Assembly: GCA_041675145.1 (NCBI GenBank)
Contig: JBAYUK010000002.1
Span: forward strand, 152,530-216,529
Direction: 5' to 3'
Origin: Patescibacteria group bacterium
Lineage (GTDB): Bacteria > Patescibacteriota > JACPGU01
Length of the DNA: 64,000 nucleotides
The translations under genes were made by a program, and so were the position numbers. Shown in pieces: positions 1-10,214 of this stretch. The first letter of the stretch is position 1. Every line of letters begins with the position of its first letter. Under the pieces are notes generated by a model, which had not been told where the DNA came from, did no database searches, and saw only the letters and a program-made list of their open reading frames with translations.

Positions 1-34
1 GATTCAATTCAGATACGCTAAAACAATAAATTAG

Positions 35-598
35 ATGAAAAAAATATTTGCTACACAAGGAGAAGATGAAGAAGTACGGGTTGTTTTAAATAAGCATGTT
101 TTTGTATTGTTGAAAGAGATATGGCTTCCTATTGTGCTGTGCCTTACGGCATTTTGTGGGATGCTCTTCTATTTCTATGTTCCATACTTCTTTCTTGTAT
201 CGTTTGCGTGTTTTGTTTTATTTCTTACATGGATCTTCTACGGTTATTTTGTGTGGAGTAGGGATCGCTTTATTATTACCAATAGAAGGATAATAGACTT
301 TGAACAGAGTGGTCTTTTTAGAACCTCACAGAAGGAAGCTGGGTATGACAAAATTCAGGATGTAACCGTTGATATAAAGAATATATTTGGTAGTTTGTTT
401 AACTTCGGGTCTGTCAGTATTAGTACTGCCAGTAATACGACACTAGTACTAGCTGATATAAAGAAACCGGTAGAAGTTCAGAAGATTATTTTCTCTCTTA
501 TGCAGGAATACGCGAGTCAGAATAATGGCGGTATAGATGAGAAGATGGTTCGTGAACTCTTGGCATTACTTAAAAAAACAAATAACACACCGGAATAG
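35..598 (+). CDS. membrane protein with bacterial PH (bPH_2, YdbS/YdbT-like) domain
   Basis: N-terminal hydrophobic helices followed by FRTSQKEAGYDKIQDVTVDIKNIFGSLFNFGSVSISTAS, matching the bPH_2 pattern. Confidence 0.6.
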   Translation: MKKIFATQGEDEEVRVVLNKHVFVLLKEIWLPIVLCLTAFCGMLFYFYVPYFFLVSFACFVLFLTWIFYGYFVWSRDRFIITNRRIIDFEQSGLFRTSQKEAGYDKIQDVTVDIKNIFGSLFNFGSVSISTASNTTLVLADIKKPVEVQKIIFSLMQEYASQNNGGIDEKMVRELLALLKKTNNTPE

Positions 599-630
599 TG
601 TGTTATTTGAAGAGAGTCCGTATGTTCTAA

Positions 631-906
631 TTAGACCGTAACGTTGACTACCTTTATCTCTTTAGTAGCTCCTGTAAAGTTTTTTATGGTCTTGTCGGTG
701 AACTGTACAGTACCCTTCACGGTAGAGTAGATAGTGTAGTCCTTACCAATGCGTACATTTACTCCAGGACGATACGCTACACCTCTTTGGCGTACAATAA
801 TACTACCTGGCTGAACGGCTTGGTTACCGTACACTTTTATACCTAGGCGTTTGGCGATACTATCTCTATTCTTTTTGGCGCTTCCCAGCGCCTTTTTGGT
901 TGCCAT
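631..906 (-). CDS. rpmA: 50S ribosomal protein L27
   Basis: 91 aa, MATKKALGSAKKNRDS...YRPGVNV, typical L27 sequence. Confidence 0.95.
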   Translation of the reverse strand: MATKKALGSAKKNRDSIAKRLGIKVYGNQAVQPGSIIVRQRGVAYRPGVNVRIGKDYTIYSTVKGTVQFTDKTIKNFTGATKEIKVVNVTV

Positions 907-933
907 ACACTAACCTCCAGTCTATAAAACGCG

Positions 934-2184
934 TTATGCGTTATCTTTTGTTATGATTATGATCTCACGGCCAACTACTTGATCCTCGCGTCGGTACAAA
1001 ATACTTTCGCGATTCTTTATGTATTCTCGTAGTTTCTGGTCGGGAGAGGTTATTAAAAGCCCTTTGAAAGGACTCCTGATAGTATAGCCGAGTTTACGAA
1101 TTTCGTCAAGAATAGGCAAAAAATATGATTTTCCAGCGACAGTGTAAAACGGTACAGCCATCACAAAACCTGCGATGTGGCTGGTGTTGCTCGCTATGTT
1201 TTTGAGGAAACGAATAAAGAGATCTGTTTGATTTTTCACTTCCTGTTCGACAATACCAAGTGGTGGCTCTTTATAAAAAGCCTGGCCTAAGTACATCTCA
1301 CTTACTATCCAGGTAGGCTTCTTGTTCTGAAATTCCAAGCTGATGTTTGTAGCGTCTCCTTGCAGTGCCTCGTGAATGTTCTTTTGGTCTATATCAAAAT
1401 GTTTCGAGAGGAAGGTAATATTCTTATTCGCCATATCACAGGCTTCTTGAGAAAGGTCTGAGCCATAAATTACTTTGTTTTGTATTAGTGCTTCTCCCAG
1501 TACTGTTCCGGTACCACAAAACGGGTCGTAGATCTGGGTATATTTTTCAGGAATCAGGCCGAGCATAATCTGAGCAAGCTTAGGAGGGAGCATTCCCGAC
1601 TTGGCGTCTCGTTCTGGCTTGTCGTAGTCACGCAAGCTATAGCGCTCAAAATCTTGAATGGCCTCAGTTTCTCCAAGTGCTATATTCCCAGAGTCGTTGA
1701 TGATACATATCTCAGCTCCTTTGGTAATGAGTTTATTGTGGTGAATTTCGGCCGAGCTTAGTTTATTGTCTTTTTGGGCAATAACGAGGCGTACTGAGTA
1801 CTTTTCTTTAATTACCTTTTTAATTTCAAAAGCGAGCTTTTGTTTGCGCTGTGATGAGATATGAGGGCAGTTATACCACGACATACCAAACACATACTTT
1901 CCGTCAGACTTTACGCCTTCACCATAGTGCAATAAACCATCCATCAGGTTCTTTTCTGTAAAGCTATCTACAATGCGAATGATTTTTATGGTTCCCCCTA
2001 GTTGCTCCATAATTTTTGAAGCATTAGGGATAGGTACGCTAACCTTGATTATTGCGTACTCTCTTGTTATGCTGGGAGCAACAAAAGAAATGCCGTTCCT
2101 GTAAAGGGTGGCAGAAATCTCAGCAAGAGCAAGTGCGCTGTTCTTGCCTAAAATAAAACAGTACTGTGTTTCAGGGTTTACCAT
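934..2184 (-). CDS. THUMP/UPF0020-type SAM-dependent RNA (guanine-N2) methyltransferase (Trm11/RlmL-like)
   Basis: Class I methyltransferase motif DPFCGTGTVLGEA; N-terminal ferredoxin/THUMP-like region. Confidence 0.6.
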   Translation of the reverse strand: MVNPETQYCFILGKNSALALAEISATLYRNGISFVAPSITREYAIIKVSVPIPNASKIMEQLGGTIKIIRIVDSFTEKNLMDGLLHYGEGVKSDGKYVFGMSWYNCPHISSQRKQKLAFEIKKVIKEKYSVRLVIAQKDNKLSSAEIHHNKLITKGAEICIINDSGNIALGETEAIQDFERYSLRDYDKPERDAKSGMLPPKLAQIMLGLIPEKYTQIYDPFCGTGTVLGEALIQNKVIYGSDLSQEACDMANKNITFLSKHFDIDQKNIHEALQGDATNISLEFQNKKPTWIVSEMYLGQAFYKEPPLGIVEQEVKNQTDLFIRFLKNIASNTSHIAGFVMAVPFYTVAGKSYFLPILDEIRKLGYTIRSPFKGLLITSPDQKLREYIKNRESILYRREDQVVGREIIIITKDNA

Positions 2185-2205
2185 ATAGATTGATAGGATT
2201 TAACT

Positions 2206-5200
2206 ATGACAGAAGAGGAAGCTTCAAACAACCAGGAAACGGTCGTGGATTTTGTTCACCTCCATAATCACACCCATTATAGCCTGCTTGATGGGTTACA
2301 GAAAATACCCACTCTTATTGACCATGTGGTTGCCCTTGGTCAGAAGGCAGTAGCTATTACTGATCACGGTACTCTTTCTGGTGCTATTGAGTTTTATAAG
2401 GTATGTAAGAAAAAGGGCGTGAAGCCAATTATTGGTATTGAGACCTATGTTGCTCCCAGACTCCATACAGATAAATCGTCTCAGGAAGATCGTACTCCGT
2501 TTCACCTCATACTTCTTGCAAAGAACTTTAAAGGGTACCAGAATCTGATGCGCCTTTCAACGACCGCTTGCTTGGATGGCTTTTATTACAAACCGAGAAT
2601 TGACCATGCACTACTTGAGCAGTATCACGAGGGACTCATTTGTCTTTCAGGGTGCGTAGGAGGAGAGCTTGGTACGCATATCCAAAATGGCAATATGGAG
2701 CGCGCACTTGAGATTGCTCAGTGGTACAAAAATTTATTTGGAAAAGAAAACTACTACTTAGAGATGCAACCCCACATAGAGTGGGAGCCACAACGGATAG
2801 TAAATGCAGGGTTACGTGAGATTGCAAAGACGCTCGATCTCGATCTTGTGATTACCGGAGATGCTCACTACACCAAAGCAGAGGATCATTACCCTCATGA
2901 TATCTTACTGTGTGTGCAAACCGGTAATATTATTACCGATGAGAATAGAATGAAGTTGGATCAAGATCTATCAGTTAGATCTGGAGCTTATCTTCTTGAA
3001 AGATTTCCTGATGACGCGCAGGCAATTGCTAATACGGTAAAGGTTGCAAGTCTGTGTGACCTAGAAATTGAGCTTGGAAAAATACTTATTCCAACATTTG
3101 AAGTCCCAGAAGGAGAAACAGAGAAGAGTTATCTCAGAAAAATGGTGTTTCACGGTGCAGGGTGGCGCTACGGAGGACTCAAAAGACATGAGTCAGAAGA
3201 GAAAACAGTTGAAGAGATAATGCCGTTACTACCAGAGCATGTGTTGACCCGTATAGAGTACGAACTAGAAGTAGTGGGTAAGATGGGGTACGAAGGATAT
3301 TTCTTAATCGTAGCTGATCTTATTTCATGGAGTAAGAAAAACGGAATTATCTGTGGTCCTGGTCGCGGGAGTGCAGCAGGGTCAATTGTTGCGTACTGTA
3401 CGACCATAACCGAACTCGATCCATTGCCGTACGGACTGCTCTTTGAGCGTTTTCTAAATCCGGATCGTATCTCGATGCCGGATATTGATATGGACTATGC
3501 TGATGATAGACGAGGAGAGGTTATTGAATATGCCACTCAGAAATACGGACAAGATCGTGTAGCTCAGATTATTACATTTGGTGTGATGGCAGCACGAAAC
3601 GCAGTTCGTGATACGGGTAGAGTACTGGGTATGCCATATGCTGAAGTGGATGCAATTGCAAAACTAATTCCTGCCCCTGTTCAGGGAAGGCATGTACCAC
3701 TCTCTAAGTCTATTGTTGAAGACCCAGAACTAAAGAAAGAATACGATAATAATTCTCGTGCAAAAGAGCTCATAGATATTGCAATGAAGCTCGAAGGCAC
3801 TATCAGGAACGCGGGAGTACATGCGGCTGGAGTAGTGATCTCCAAAGATCCGATTGTTGAACATACCCCGCTGGTGCGCGCACAAAAGGGAGTAATCTCC
3901 ACGCAGTATTCAATGGGACCAATAGAAGACCTTGGACTTTTGAAGTTTGACTTTTTAGGTCTGGCCAACCTTACTATCATAAAAAATACTTTAAGAATTA
4001 TGCGGCGTGCCTACAGCATTGATTTAGATATGAACGATATTCCTATCGATGATGTGGCTACCTACGAGTTACTCACTCGTGGCGATACGACTGGAGTATT
4101 CCAGCTGGAATCAGCTGGTATGAAACGCTACATTAAGGAGCTGAGGCCAAACCGGTTTGAAGATATCGTTGCGATGGTAGCTCTGTACCGTCCAGGTCCT
4201 ATGCAGTGGATTGATGACTTTATTAAAAGAAAGCATAACCCAGAGCTTATTACCTACGAGCATCCAAAAATGGAAGAGGCTCTCAAAAATACCTATGGGA
4301 TTATTGTGTACCAAGAACAGGTGATGCAAATCTCCAAAGATCTATGTGGTTTTACCGGTGGCCAAGCAGATACACTGCGTAAGGCAATTGGAAAGAAGCA
4401 GTTAGAGACACTTGCTAAGATGAAAAAAGAATTCGTAGATGGTGCTATCGAGCATAGTGGTGCGAAACCAGAGTTTTTGGAGTCACTATGGAAAAGTCTC
4501 GAAGACTTTGCAGCCTATTGTTTTAACAAGTCGCACGCCGCATGTTACGCCCTTATTTCTGTACAGACTGCATATCTAAAAGCCCACTATCCTGATGCGT
4601 TTATGGCGGCTCTTCTAACATCAGATAAAGATGATCTCGACCGTATCGCAATTGAAATAGATGAGTGTCGCAGTATGGGGCTCTTAGTAGTAGCGCCAGA
4701 CGTGAACGAAAGTTTCATGGATTTTGCGGTTGTGCCGAACGAGAAGAAAATTCGTTATGCACTCTCTGCTATTAAAAATGTTGGAGAAGGACCTATTACG
4801 GTTATTGAAGAAGCTCGTAAGAACGGTGGCGTCTTTACTTCTTTAGAGGACTTTTTATCCCGTACTGCTAGTGGTGAGATAAATAAAAAGTCTCTAGAAA
4901 GTCTAGTCAAAGCGGGAGCCTTGGATGAGTTTGGTGAACGAGCTACACTTATTGCTTCGATGGATAACATGCTCGCTTTTGCCAACCAAATTCGTAAAAA
5001 CGAACATAGCGGCCAGATAGATATTTTTGGAAGTTTAGCGGGTACGGATAAAGTCCAGACACTTCATATGGTGGTAGTTGAACCAGCTTCTTCGAAACAA
5101 AAACTAGATTGGGAACGAGAATTAGTAGGAGTCTATGTTAGTGGTCATCCACTCGACTCATACAAGGACATTCTACTCGGTTCTGGGCTCAAGCCTATTA

Positions 5201-5742
5201 TTGAGGTTGGAGTAGGCGGTGAGGAAGGCAAGGAAGTGAGAGTGGCTGGTGTGATATCGAGTATCCAGAAGATTTACACCAAGAAAAATGAAGCGATGCT
5301 TTTTGTTAAAATAGAAGACCTCACTGGAATAATTGAAGTGTTAGTATTCCCTAAAAAACTCGCTGCAGATGTGAACTTCTGGGTAGACGGAAAAGTGGTA
5401 GCTGTACGAGGGAAGTTGTCTCTCAAAGATGGTGCAGCGAAGATATTGCTTGAGGAAGCGAAGGAGCTAAAGATAGGGAAGAAGATGGAGGATGAACGGG
5501 TAGTAGTAACAGGCCAGATAGTAATTCACTGCCATCCAGGTACGGACAAGACGATGTTGGAGCGTTTAAAGCACGCTCTCATCAGGCATGACGGAGGTGC
5601 GTACGATGTCTTCTTGGTTCTTGCAACTTCGTCCGGTGAGCAGAAAATAAAGACCAACCTTGCTGTCATGGATGATGATGCTATGCGGTTAGATGTACGG
5701 TCTGCATTAGGCTACGAGCCTGAGTTTGAGGTGCTAAACTAG
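2206..5742 (+). CDS. dnaE: DNA polymerase III alpha subunit
   Basis: 1178 aa; PHP domain HLHNHTHYSLLDG; polymerase core; OB-fold C-terminus. Confidence 0.95.
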   Translation: MTEEEASNNQETVVDFVHLHNHTHYSLLDGLQKIPTLIDHVVALGQKAVAITDHGTLSGAIEFYKVCKKKGVKPIIGIETYVAPRLHTDKSSQEDRTPFHLILLAKNFKGYQNLMRLSTTACLDGFYYKPRIDHALLEQYHEGLICLSGCVGGELGTHIQNGNMERALEIAQWYKNLFGKENYYLEMQPHIEWEPQRIVNAGLREIAKTLDLDLVITGDAHYTKAEDHYPHDILLCVQTGNIITDENRMKLDQDLSVRSGAYLLERFPDDAQAIANTVKVASLCDLEIELGKILIPTFEVPEGETEKSYLRKMVFHGAGWRYGGLKRHESEEKTVEEIMPLLPEHVLTRIEYELEVVGKMGYEGYFLIVADLISWSKKNGIICGPGRGSAAGSIVAYCTTITELDPLPYGLLFERFLNPDRISMPDIDMDYADDRRGEVIEYATQKYGQDRVAQIITFGVMAARNAVRDTGRVLGMPYAEVDAIAKLIPAPVQGRHVPLSKSIVEDPELKKEYDNNSRAKELIDIAMKLEGTIRNAGVHAAGVVISKDPIVEHTPLVRAQKGVISTQYSMGPIEDLGLLKFDFLGLANLTIIKNTLRIMRRAYSIDLDMNDIPIDDVATYELLTRGDTTGVFQLESAGMKRYIKELRPNRFEDIVAMVALYRPGPMQWIDDFIKRKHNPELITYEHPKMEEALKNTYGIIVYQEQVMQISKDLCGFTGGQADTLRKAIGKKQLETLAKMKKEFVDGAIEHSGAKPEFLESLWKSLEDFAAYCFNKSHAACYALISVQTAYLKAHYPDAFMAALLTSDKDDLDRIAIEIDECRSMGLLVVAPDVNESFMDFAVVPNEKKIRYALSAIKNVGEGPITVIEEARKNGGVFTSLEDFLSRTASGEINKKSLESLVKAGALDEFGERATLIASMDNMLAFANQIRKNEHSGQIDIFGSLAGTDKVQTLHMVVVEPASSKQKLDWERELVGVYVSGHPLDSYKDILLGSGLKPIIEVGVGGEEGKEVRVAGVISSIQKIYTKKNEAMLFVKIEDLTGIIEVLVFPKKLAADVNFWVDGKVVAVRGKLSLKDGAAKILLEEAKELKIGKKMEDERVVVTGQIVIHCHPGTDKTMLERLKHALIRHDGGAYDVFLVLATSSGEQKIKTNLAVMDDDAMRLDVRSALGYEPEFEVLN

Positions 5743-5827
5743 CAAGAGAGGGGTGAAGCTTGTCACAGGGGTAAAAATGTGATATACTTCCTGTTAAACG
5801 CTTATTAGATCAACGGAGTATCTCGTT

Positions 5828-6322
5828 ATGAACGCAATAATTGACCGAATTTCAAAGCAGTATCTCAAGAAGGTTCTTCCAGATGTTACCACTGGAGATA
5901 TTGTTCGTGTAGCACAGAAAATCCAAGAAGGTGGTAAGACTCGAAGCCAGGTGTTTGAAGGTATTGTTATTGAACGATCTGGTGGAGTAGGTATTGCCTC
6001 TTCTATTACAGTACGAAAGGTATCTAACGGAGTAGGGGTTGAAAAGAAGTATCTTCTCAATTCACCAACAATTGAAAAAATTACCGTTCTTCGCAGTTCT
6101 AAGGTTCGTCGTAAGAAGATCTTCTTCTTGCGTAACCTTTCTGGTAAGGCAACAAAGCTTAAGGAGCGTAAGCGTATGGTAGCGCTTGGCCTTGAACCAG
6201 ATGCTATGGTAGCTCCTAACGAAGATGATATGGAGCTTGCTCAACCAGAAGTGGCTGAAGAGGTATCTGAAGTAGTGGAAACACCAACAAGTGAAGAAAC
6301 TAATGAAACACCAGAAGCGTAA
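5828..6322 (+). CDS. rplS: 50S ribosomal protein L19 with acidic C-terminal extension
   Basis: L19 core NAIIDRISKQ...VRVAQKIQEGGKTRSQVFEGIVI; E/T-rich tail. Confidence 0.9.
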   Translation: MNAIIDRISKQYLKKVLPDVTTGDIVRVAQKIQEGGKTRSQVFEGIVIERSGGVGIASSITVRKVSNGVGVEKKYLLNSPTIEKITVLRSSKVRRKKIFFLRNLSGKATKLKERKRMVALGLEPDAMVAPNEDDMELAQPEVAEEVSEVVETPTSEETNETPEA

Positions 6323-6941
6323 AAAAGTACTCTACCCGAATGGGAAGATAGAAAAAGCCCTCTTTAATCAGGGCTTTTCTTATGTCTCAGGTGTCGATGA
6401 AGTAGGGCGTGGGGCACTAGCAGGTCCAATGGTGGCGTGTGCTGTCACAGCTAATAGCAAACAAGTTCAGCTACTTAAGAAGCTGAAGGTACGAGACTCA
6501 AAGATGGTAGCTGAGGATAAGCGTGAGGAGTTATATGATAAGTTACTTGCTGTATTGAACGGTGGTTATAGTATTTCATCTATATCTTCTAGTGATATAG
6601 ATACTAAGGGTTTGTCATATGCTAATAACTTCGTGCTAGAGCAGGCGATTTTAACGCTAAAAGATACTCCAGAATATGTACTAGTAGATGGCTTTTATAT
6701 TAATAGTATTAATATAAAACAGGAAAAGATTATACATGGAGACGAGATGAGCGTTGTGATCGCTACCGCAAGTGTTATTGCGAAAGTTACTCGTGACCGA
6801 TTGATGCGGGAACTAGCAAAAGAGTACCCGCAGTACGGCTTTGAACTTCATAAAGGATATGGTACTGCAAAGCACTTGGATGCAATCTCTCGTCATGGAT
6901 ATTCTCCTCATCACAGGAAGAGCTTCAAAGTAAGTATATAG
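6291..6941 (+). CDS. rnhB: ribonuclease HII
   Basis: GVDEVGRGALAGPMVACAV catalytic motif; overlaps the rplS 3' end, so the start could be a few codons downstream. Confidence 0.9.
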   Translation: MKKLMKHQKRKKVLYPNGKIEKALFNQGFSYVSGVDEVGRGALAGPMVACAVTANSKQVQLLKKLKVRDSKMVAEDKREELYDKLLAVLNGGYSISSISSSDIDTKGLSYANNFVLEQAILTLKDTPEYVLVDGFYINSINIKQEKIIHGDEMSVVIATASVIAKVTRDRLMRELAKEYPQYGFELHKGYGTAKHLDAISRHGYSPHHRKSFKVSI

Positions 6942-6959
6942 GTATGTTATAATCTTTCT

Positions 6960-8429
6960 ATGACAAGAACACGTTTCGCTCCAAGTCCAACTGGATATAT
7001 GCATATAGGTAGTCTCAGGACTGCTCTTTTTGCGTACCTATATGCAAAGAAGAATAACGGCCACTTTATTGTGCGTATTGAAGATACGGACCGTGAGCGA
7101 TTCGTTCCTGATGCTGAAGAGAGAATTCTTGAATCTCTTAAGTGGGCAGGTATTACTCCAGATAATGCGACCTACTTTATCTCACCTGAAGAATACTCAC
7201 TAGATAGTCATGGACCATATGTGCAGTCGAGGAGACTGGATATATACAAAACATATACCAAGCAGCTGATTGATTCAGGACACGCCTACTACGCGTTTGA
7301 TACCTCAGAGGAGCTTGATGCTATGCGTAAAAAGCAGGAAGCAGAAAAGAAAGCTCCTCGTTACGACAGAAACGCTATGCGTAACCAAATGACACTAGAG
7401 GAAGAAGAGACTACAGCGCTCATTGCTTCAGGAACTCCCCATACTATTCGCCTTAAAGTCCCTGAGAACGAGGTAGTTGCTTTCCAGGATGTAATTCGTG
7501 GAGAAGTGTCATTTAAAACATCTGAGATAGATGACCAGATCTTGATGAAGTCAGATGGATACCCAACCTACCACTTAGCGGTGGTGGTAGATGACCACCT
7601 CATGGAAATTACCCATGTAATTCGTGGGGAAGAGTGGTTGCCCTCTACACCAAAGCATATCTTGCTCTACCAAGCATTCGGTTGGGAGGCACCGTTCTAT
7701 GCTCACCTGCCACTTCTTGTTAATGAACAAAAACAAAAACTCTCAAAGCGAGAAGGGGATGTTTCAGTAGAAGACTTCAAAGATAAGGGCTATCTGCCAG
7801 AGGCTCTTGTCAATTTCATAGCTCTACTTGGATGGAATCCGGGCGACGAGCGTGAGTTCTTTAATCTTGGACAACTAGTTCAGGAATTCTCGCTGGAGCG
7901 TGTCCATAAAGCGCCAGCAGTTTTTGACATCAAAAAGCTTAACTCTATAAACTCACACTATATTCGCCAGATCGAGGTACTCGATCTCGTTGAAATGGTG
8001 AAGCCGTTCTCAAAACTTACTGTCTCTCCTGATGTGATGCTTAAAATTACCCTCGTACTGCGAGACAGATTAACTCATCTTGCCGAGTTTGACGCCCTCG
8101 CACAAGGCTTCTTAACTGTTCAAGAATACAGCTCAGAACTCTTGCAGTTTCCAAAGAGTACAAATGAGCATACCGTGCTTGGTTTGACAAAAGCGCTTGA
8201 AATACTGCAAAATAGTGAGACTGGTATATGGGATGACCAGGAGATGCTCACAGAAACACTTGGAAGTGTTGTGCATGAATTAGGGCTCAAGAACGGTGAT
8301 GTATTCTGGCCAGTGCGTGTTGCGCTCTCAGGACAAGAGAAGTCTGCCTCTCCGGTAGAGTTCCTCTGGGTGCTAGGAAAAGAGGAAAGTATAAAGCGTA
8401 TTGAGAAAGCTGTATCTTACCTGAAATAA
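6960..8429 (+). CDS. gltX: glutamyl-tRNA synthetase
   Basis: TRFAPSPTGYMHIGSLRTALF (HIGH region) and KLSKR (KMSKS-type) motif. Confidence 0.95.
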   Translation: MTRTRFAPSPTGYMHIGSLRTALFAYLYAKKNNGHFIVRIEDTDRERFVPDAEERILESLKWAGITPDNATYFISPEEYSLDSHGPYVQSRRLDIYKTYTKQLIDSGHAYYAFDTSEELDAMRKKQEAEKKAPRYDRNAMRNQMTLEEEETTALIASGTPHTIRLKVPENEVVAFQDVIRGEVSFKTSEIDDQILMKSDGYPTYHLAVVVDDHLMEITHVIRGEEWLPSTPKHILLYQAFGWEAPFYAHLPLLVNEQKQKLSKREGDVSVEDFKDKGYLPEALVNFIALLGWNPGDEREFFNLGQLVQEFSLERVHKAPAVFDIKKLNSINSHYIRQIEVLDLVEMVKPFSKLTVSPDVMLKITLVLRDRLTHLAEFDALAQGFLTVQEYSSELLQFPKSTNEHTVLGLTKALEILQNSETGIWDDQEMLTETLGSVVHELGLKNGDVFWPVRVALSGQEKSASPVEFLWVLGKEESIKRIEKAVSYLK

Positions 8430-8435
8430 CTATAT

Positions 8436-8506
8436 TGCGGGATCGTCTAGTGGTAGGACATCGCCCTCTGGAGGCGAGTACCTTGGTTCGAATCCAAGTC
8501 CCGCAG
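8436..8506 (+). tRNA. tRNA-Gln (anticodon CUG)
   Basis: Manual fold: acceptor TGCGGGA/TCCCGCA, U8, D-arm GTCT..GGAC with GG in the loop, anticodon stem TCGCC/GGCGA, loop CTCTGGA, T-arm CTTGG-TTCGAAT-CCAAG, discriminator G. Confidence 0.75.
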
Positions 8507-8612
8507 TTCTCTAGGGCACCCGACCGAGAGGGGTCAGGAGCCCTACTAGGCTACAGAAGCATTCTGAACTCTAGATAAGAAAAGTCACACATTTTAGGTG
8601 TGACTTTTCTGT
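8507..8612 (+). repeat. copy E of the island repeat family: 3' module only (tRNA-Gln trailer) plus intrinsic terminator
   Basis: ctagggcacccgaccgagaggggtcaggagccctactaggctacaga is near-identical to copies at 10317, 12378 and 28397; ends with hairpin gtcacacattttaggtgtgac + T-tract. Confidence 0.8.
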
Positions 8613-8884
8613 ATATTTAAAAAGAGACTTCATAAGAGTCTATATGGTAAGTAATGTTTTCAATTGCCATCAAGGCAGGTGAATGTTGTGGTAGTATTTG
8701 TAATAGTCTAATAAGTATGTTATAGTAACTGTATGAATAGAGCTATTCAAAACACTATGATGATGAAAATGACTAACCCATTAATGAGGGCTTGTTTTCT
8801 TGTCTAATTGTTTACATAGATAACCAAAGAAAACAGCCCTCTCACGGGGCTGTTTTTTAATTATAATAGTAAATAACTAAAAGT

Positions 8885-9664
8885 ATGAATATAACAATCA
8901 TAAACGATTGCCGGGATGCAAACGCTGTGGGCAGGCAGACAGCGAGAGTGGCTACACTTACAGGTTTCCCAGTCTCCTTTATTGGTGTTAAAAGTGATCT
9001 TGAGGCTGCAGGAAACCTTATTGATATTATAGATGCTCTCGAGGAAAGTACCGGAGCTATTCTCGTCAATGTTGCCCCCAGGAATGGCAAAGCCAAGAAG
9101 TGGAAAAATGGAACACCTTTTGGCTACTTTCGATACAAGAATATTCTTGTACTAACGAGTATAGACGGTTTTACGCTTTCTCTAGTAAAAAAGCTTAAGC
9201 TCATTGAGTCTATAACTATTCTTGATATACCAAAGGCACTGGATCAAATGATCTCAGGAGGGGTATTATCGAAGGAAATCAAGGATTTAGTTACGAGGAC
9301 GCAATTTAGAAGTTACGACTTCCTACCTCGTGTAGCTACCTACTTACTTAGTGGTAAAAACTTAGAAGGTGCTAAAATGAGCATAAAAGATGTACCGGAT
9401 GCACCAGCAGTAGTGTGGTGGGTTGATAACTTTGGAAATTGCAAAACGACTTTTCTAAATGAGGATAGAAAAGATGGTATTAGTTTTTACTCCAAATTTA
9501 GTAATCTGCCCTATTTTGAGAGATTAAAGGATGTTCCTGATGATACTGCTTCAATAGTTTCAGGAAGTTCTGGGATTGGAAAAAAACGTTTTCTAGAAAT
9601 TATTATTCAGGGCAAAAGTGCAGCAAATGAGTTTAATGTCTTCACTGGAGATGCCGTTGCCTAG
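8885..9664 (+). CDS. DUF62-family SAM hydroxide adenosyltransferase-like protein (chlorinase/fluorinase superfamily)
   Basis: N-terminus ITIINDCRD..VG..ARV, VNVAPRNGK (compare VDPGVG), and C-terminal WWVDNFGNCKTTF (compare IDRFGNLITN). Confidence 0.55.
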   Translation: MNITIINDCRDANAVGRQTARVATLTGFPVSFIGVKSDLEAAGNLIDIIDALEESTGAILVNVAPRNGKAKKWKNGTPFGYFRYKNILVLTSIDGFTLSLVKKLKLIESITILDIPKALDQMISGGVLSKEIKDLVTRTQFRSYDFLPRVATYLLSGKNLEGAKMSIKDVPDAPAVVWWVDNFGNCKTTFLNEDRKDGISFYSKFSNLPYFERLKDVPDDTASIVSGSSGIGKKRFLEIIIQGKSAANEFNVFTGDAVA

Positions 9665-9687
9665 ATACATATCCTCAAAATCTTATA

Positions 9688-10074
9688 GTGTTACAGACAG
9701 GAAGATTCAATTATAATAATACTAAATATTCTACTATGACAAATGTAAAATTAATTAAGTTTAGATTCAAGCCAGGTGCAAAGCGCATTTGGATTAATTG
9801 GTCTGAAGAGCTCAAGCATAGAAATAGCGAGGTAGTAGAGACTCTCAAGAATGAAGGTGTTATTTCTGAATCTTGTTTTATTTCGGAAGATGGTGAGTCA
9901 ATATACTATTTTATGGAAGCAGAAGACTTCGAAAAAACTCGTAAGGCTGTTGCGAATAGCATCTACTTGATAGATGCTGATCATAAGAAAGCTCGGGAGA
10001 GTAGCTTAGAATTTGTCGCAAAACTAGAATGTCTTTTTCATTTTGAGAACCGAACATCACACTTCAATTCTTAA
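9688..10074 (+). CDS. hypothetical protein
   Basis: ORF only; no recognisable motif. Confidence 0.4.
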   Translation: MLQTGRFNYNNTKYSTMTNVKLIKFRFKPGAKRIWINWSEELKHRNSEVVETLKNEGVISESCFISEDGESIYYFMEAEDFEKTRKAVANSIYLIDADHKKARESSLEFVAKLECLFHFENRTSHFNS

Positions 10075-10212
10075 ATTCTGATTTTCTAGCACTAGCTTGC
10101 CCCTCAAGTGCATCAATAGTTCTCGCTTCTCAATAACTGGTCCATCTCGTAGGGCGTACTTCGCGTAGTCTCGAATATTTATATCGGGACCTATTTTCTT
10201 CTTTTCACTGTC
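10060..10212 (-). pseudogene. C-terminal remnant (about 50 codons) of a second large serine recombinase
   Basis: Minus-strand translation ...EKKKIGPDINIRDYAKYALRDGPVIEKRELLMHLRGKLVLENQNLRIEV* aligns with the intact recombinase C-terminus ...EKQKKVDVSEIDIKNYAKYILKEGMLAEKRELLKNFKNKIILEDEILRIS*; DNA similarity is also visible against 19290-19390. Confidence 0.65.
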
Positions 10213-10214
10213 TC

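Noticed and set aside
2296-4985. Six minus-strand ORFs of 63-99 aa inside dnaE
   Set aside because: They are antisense to a strongly supported 1178-aa polymerase gene and have low-complexity translations, so they are spurious.
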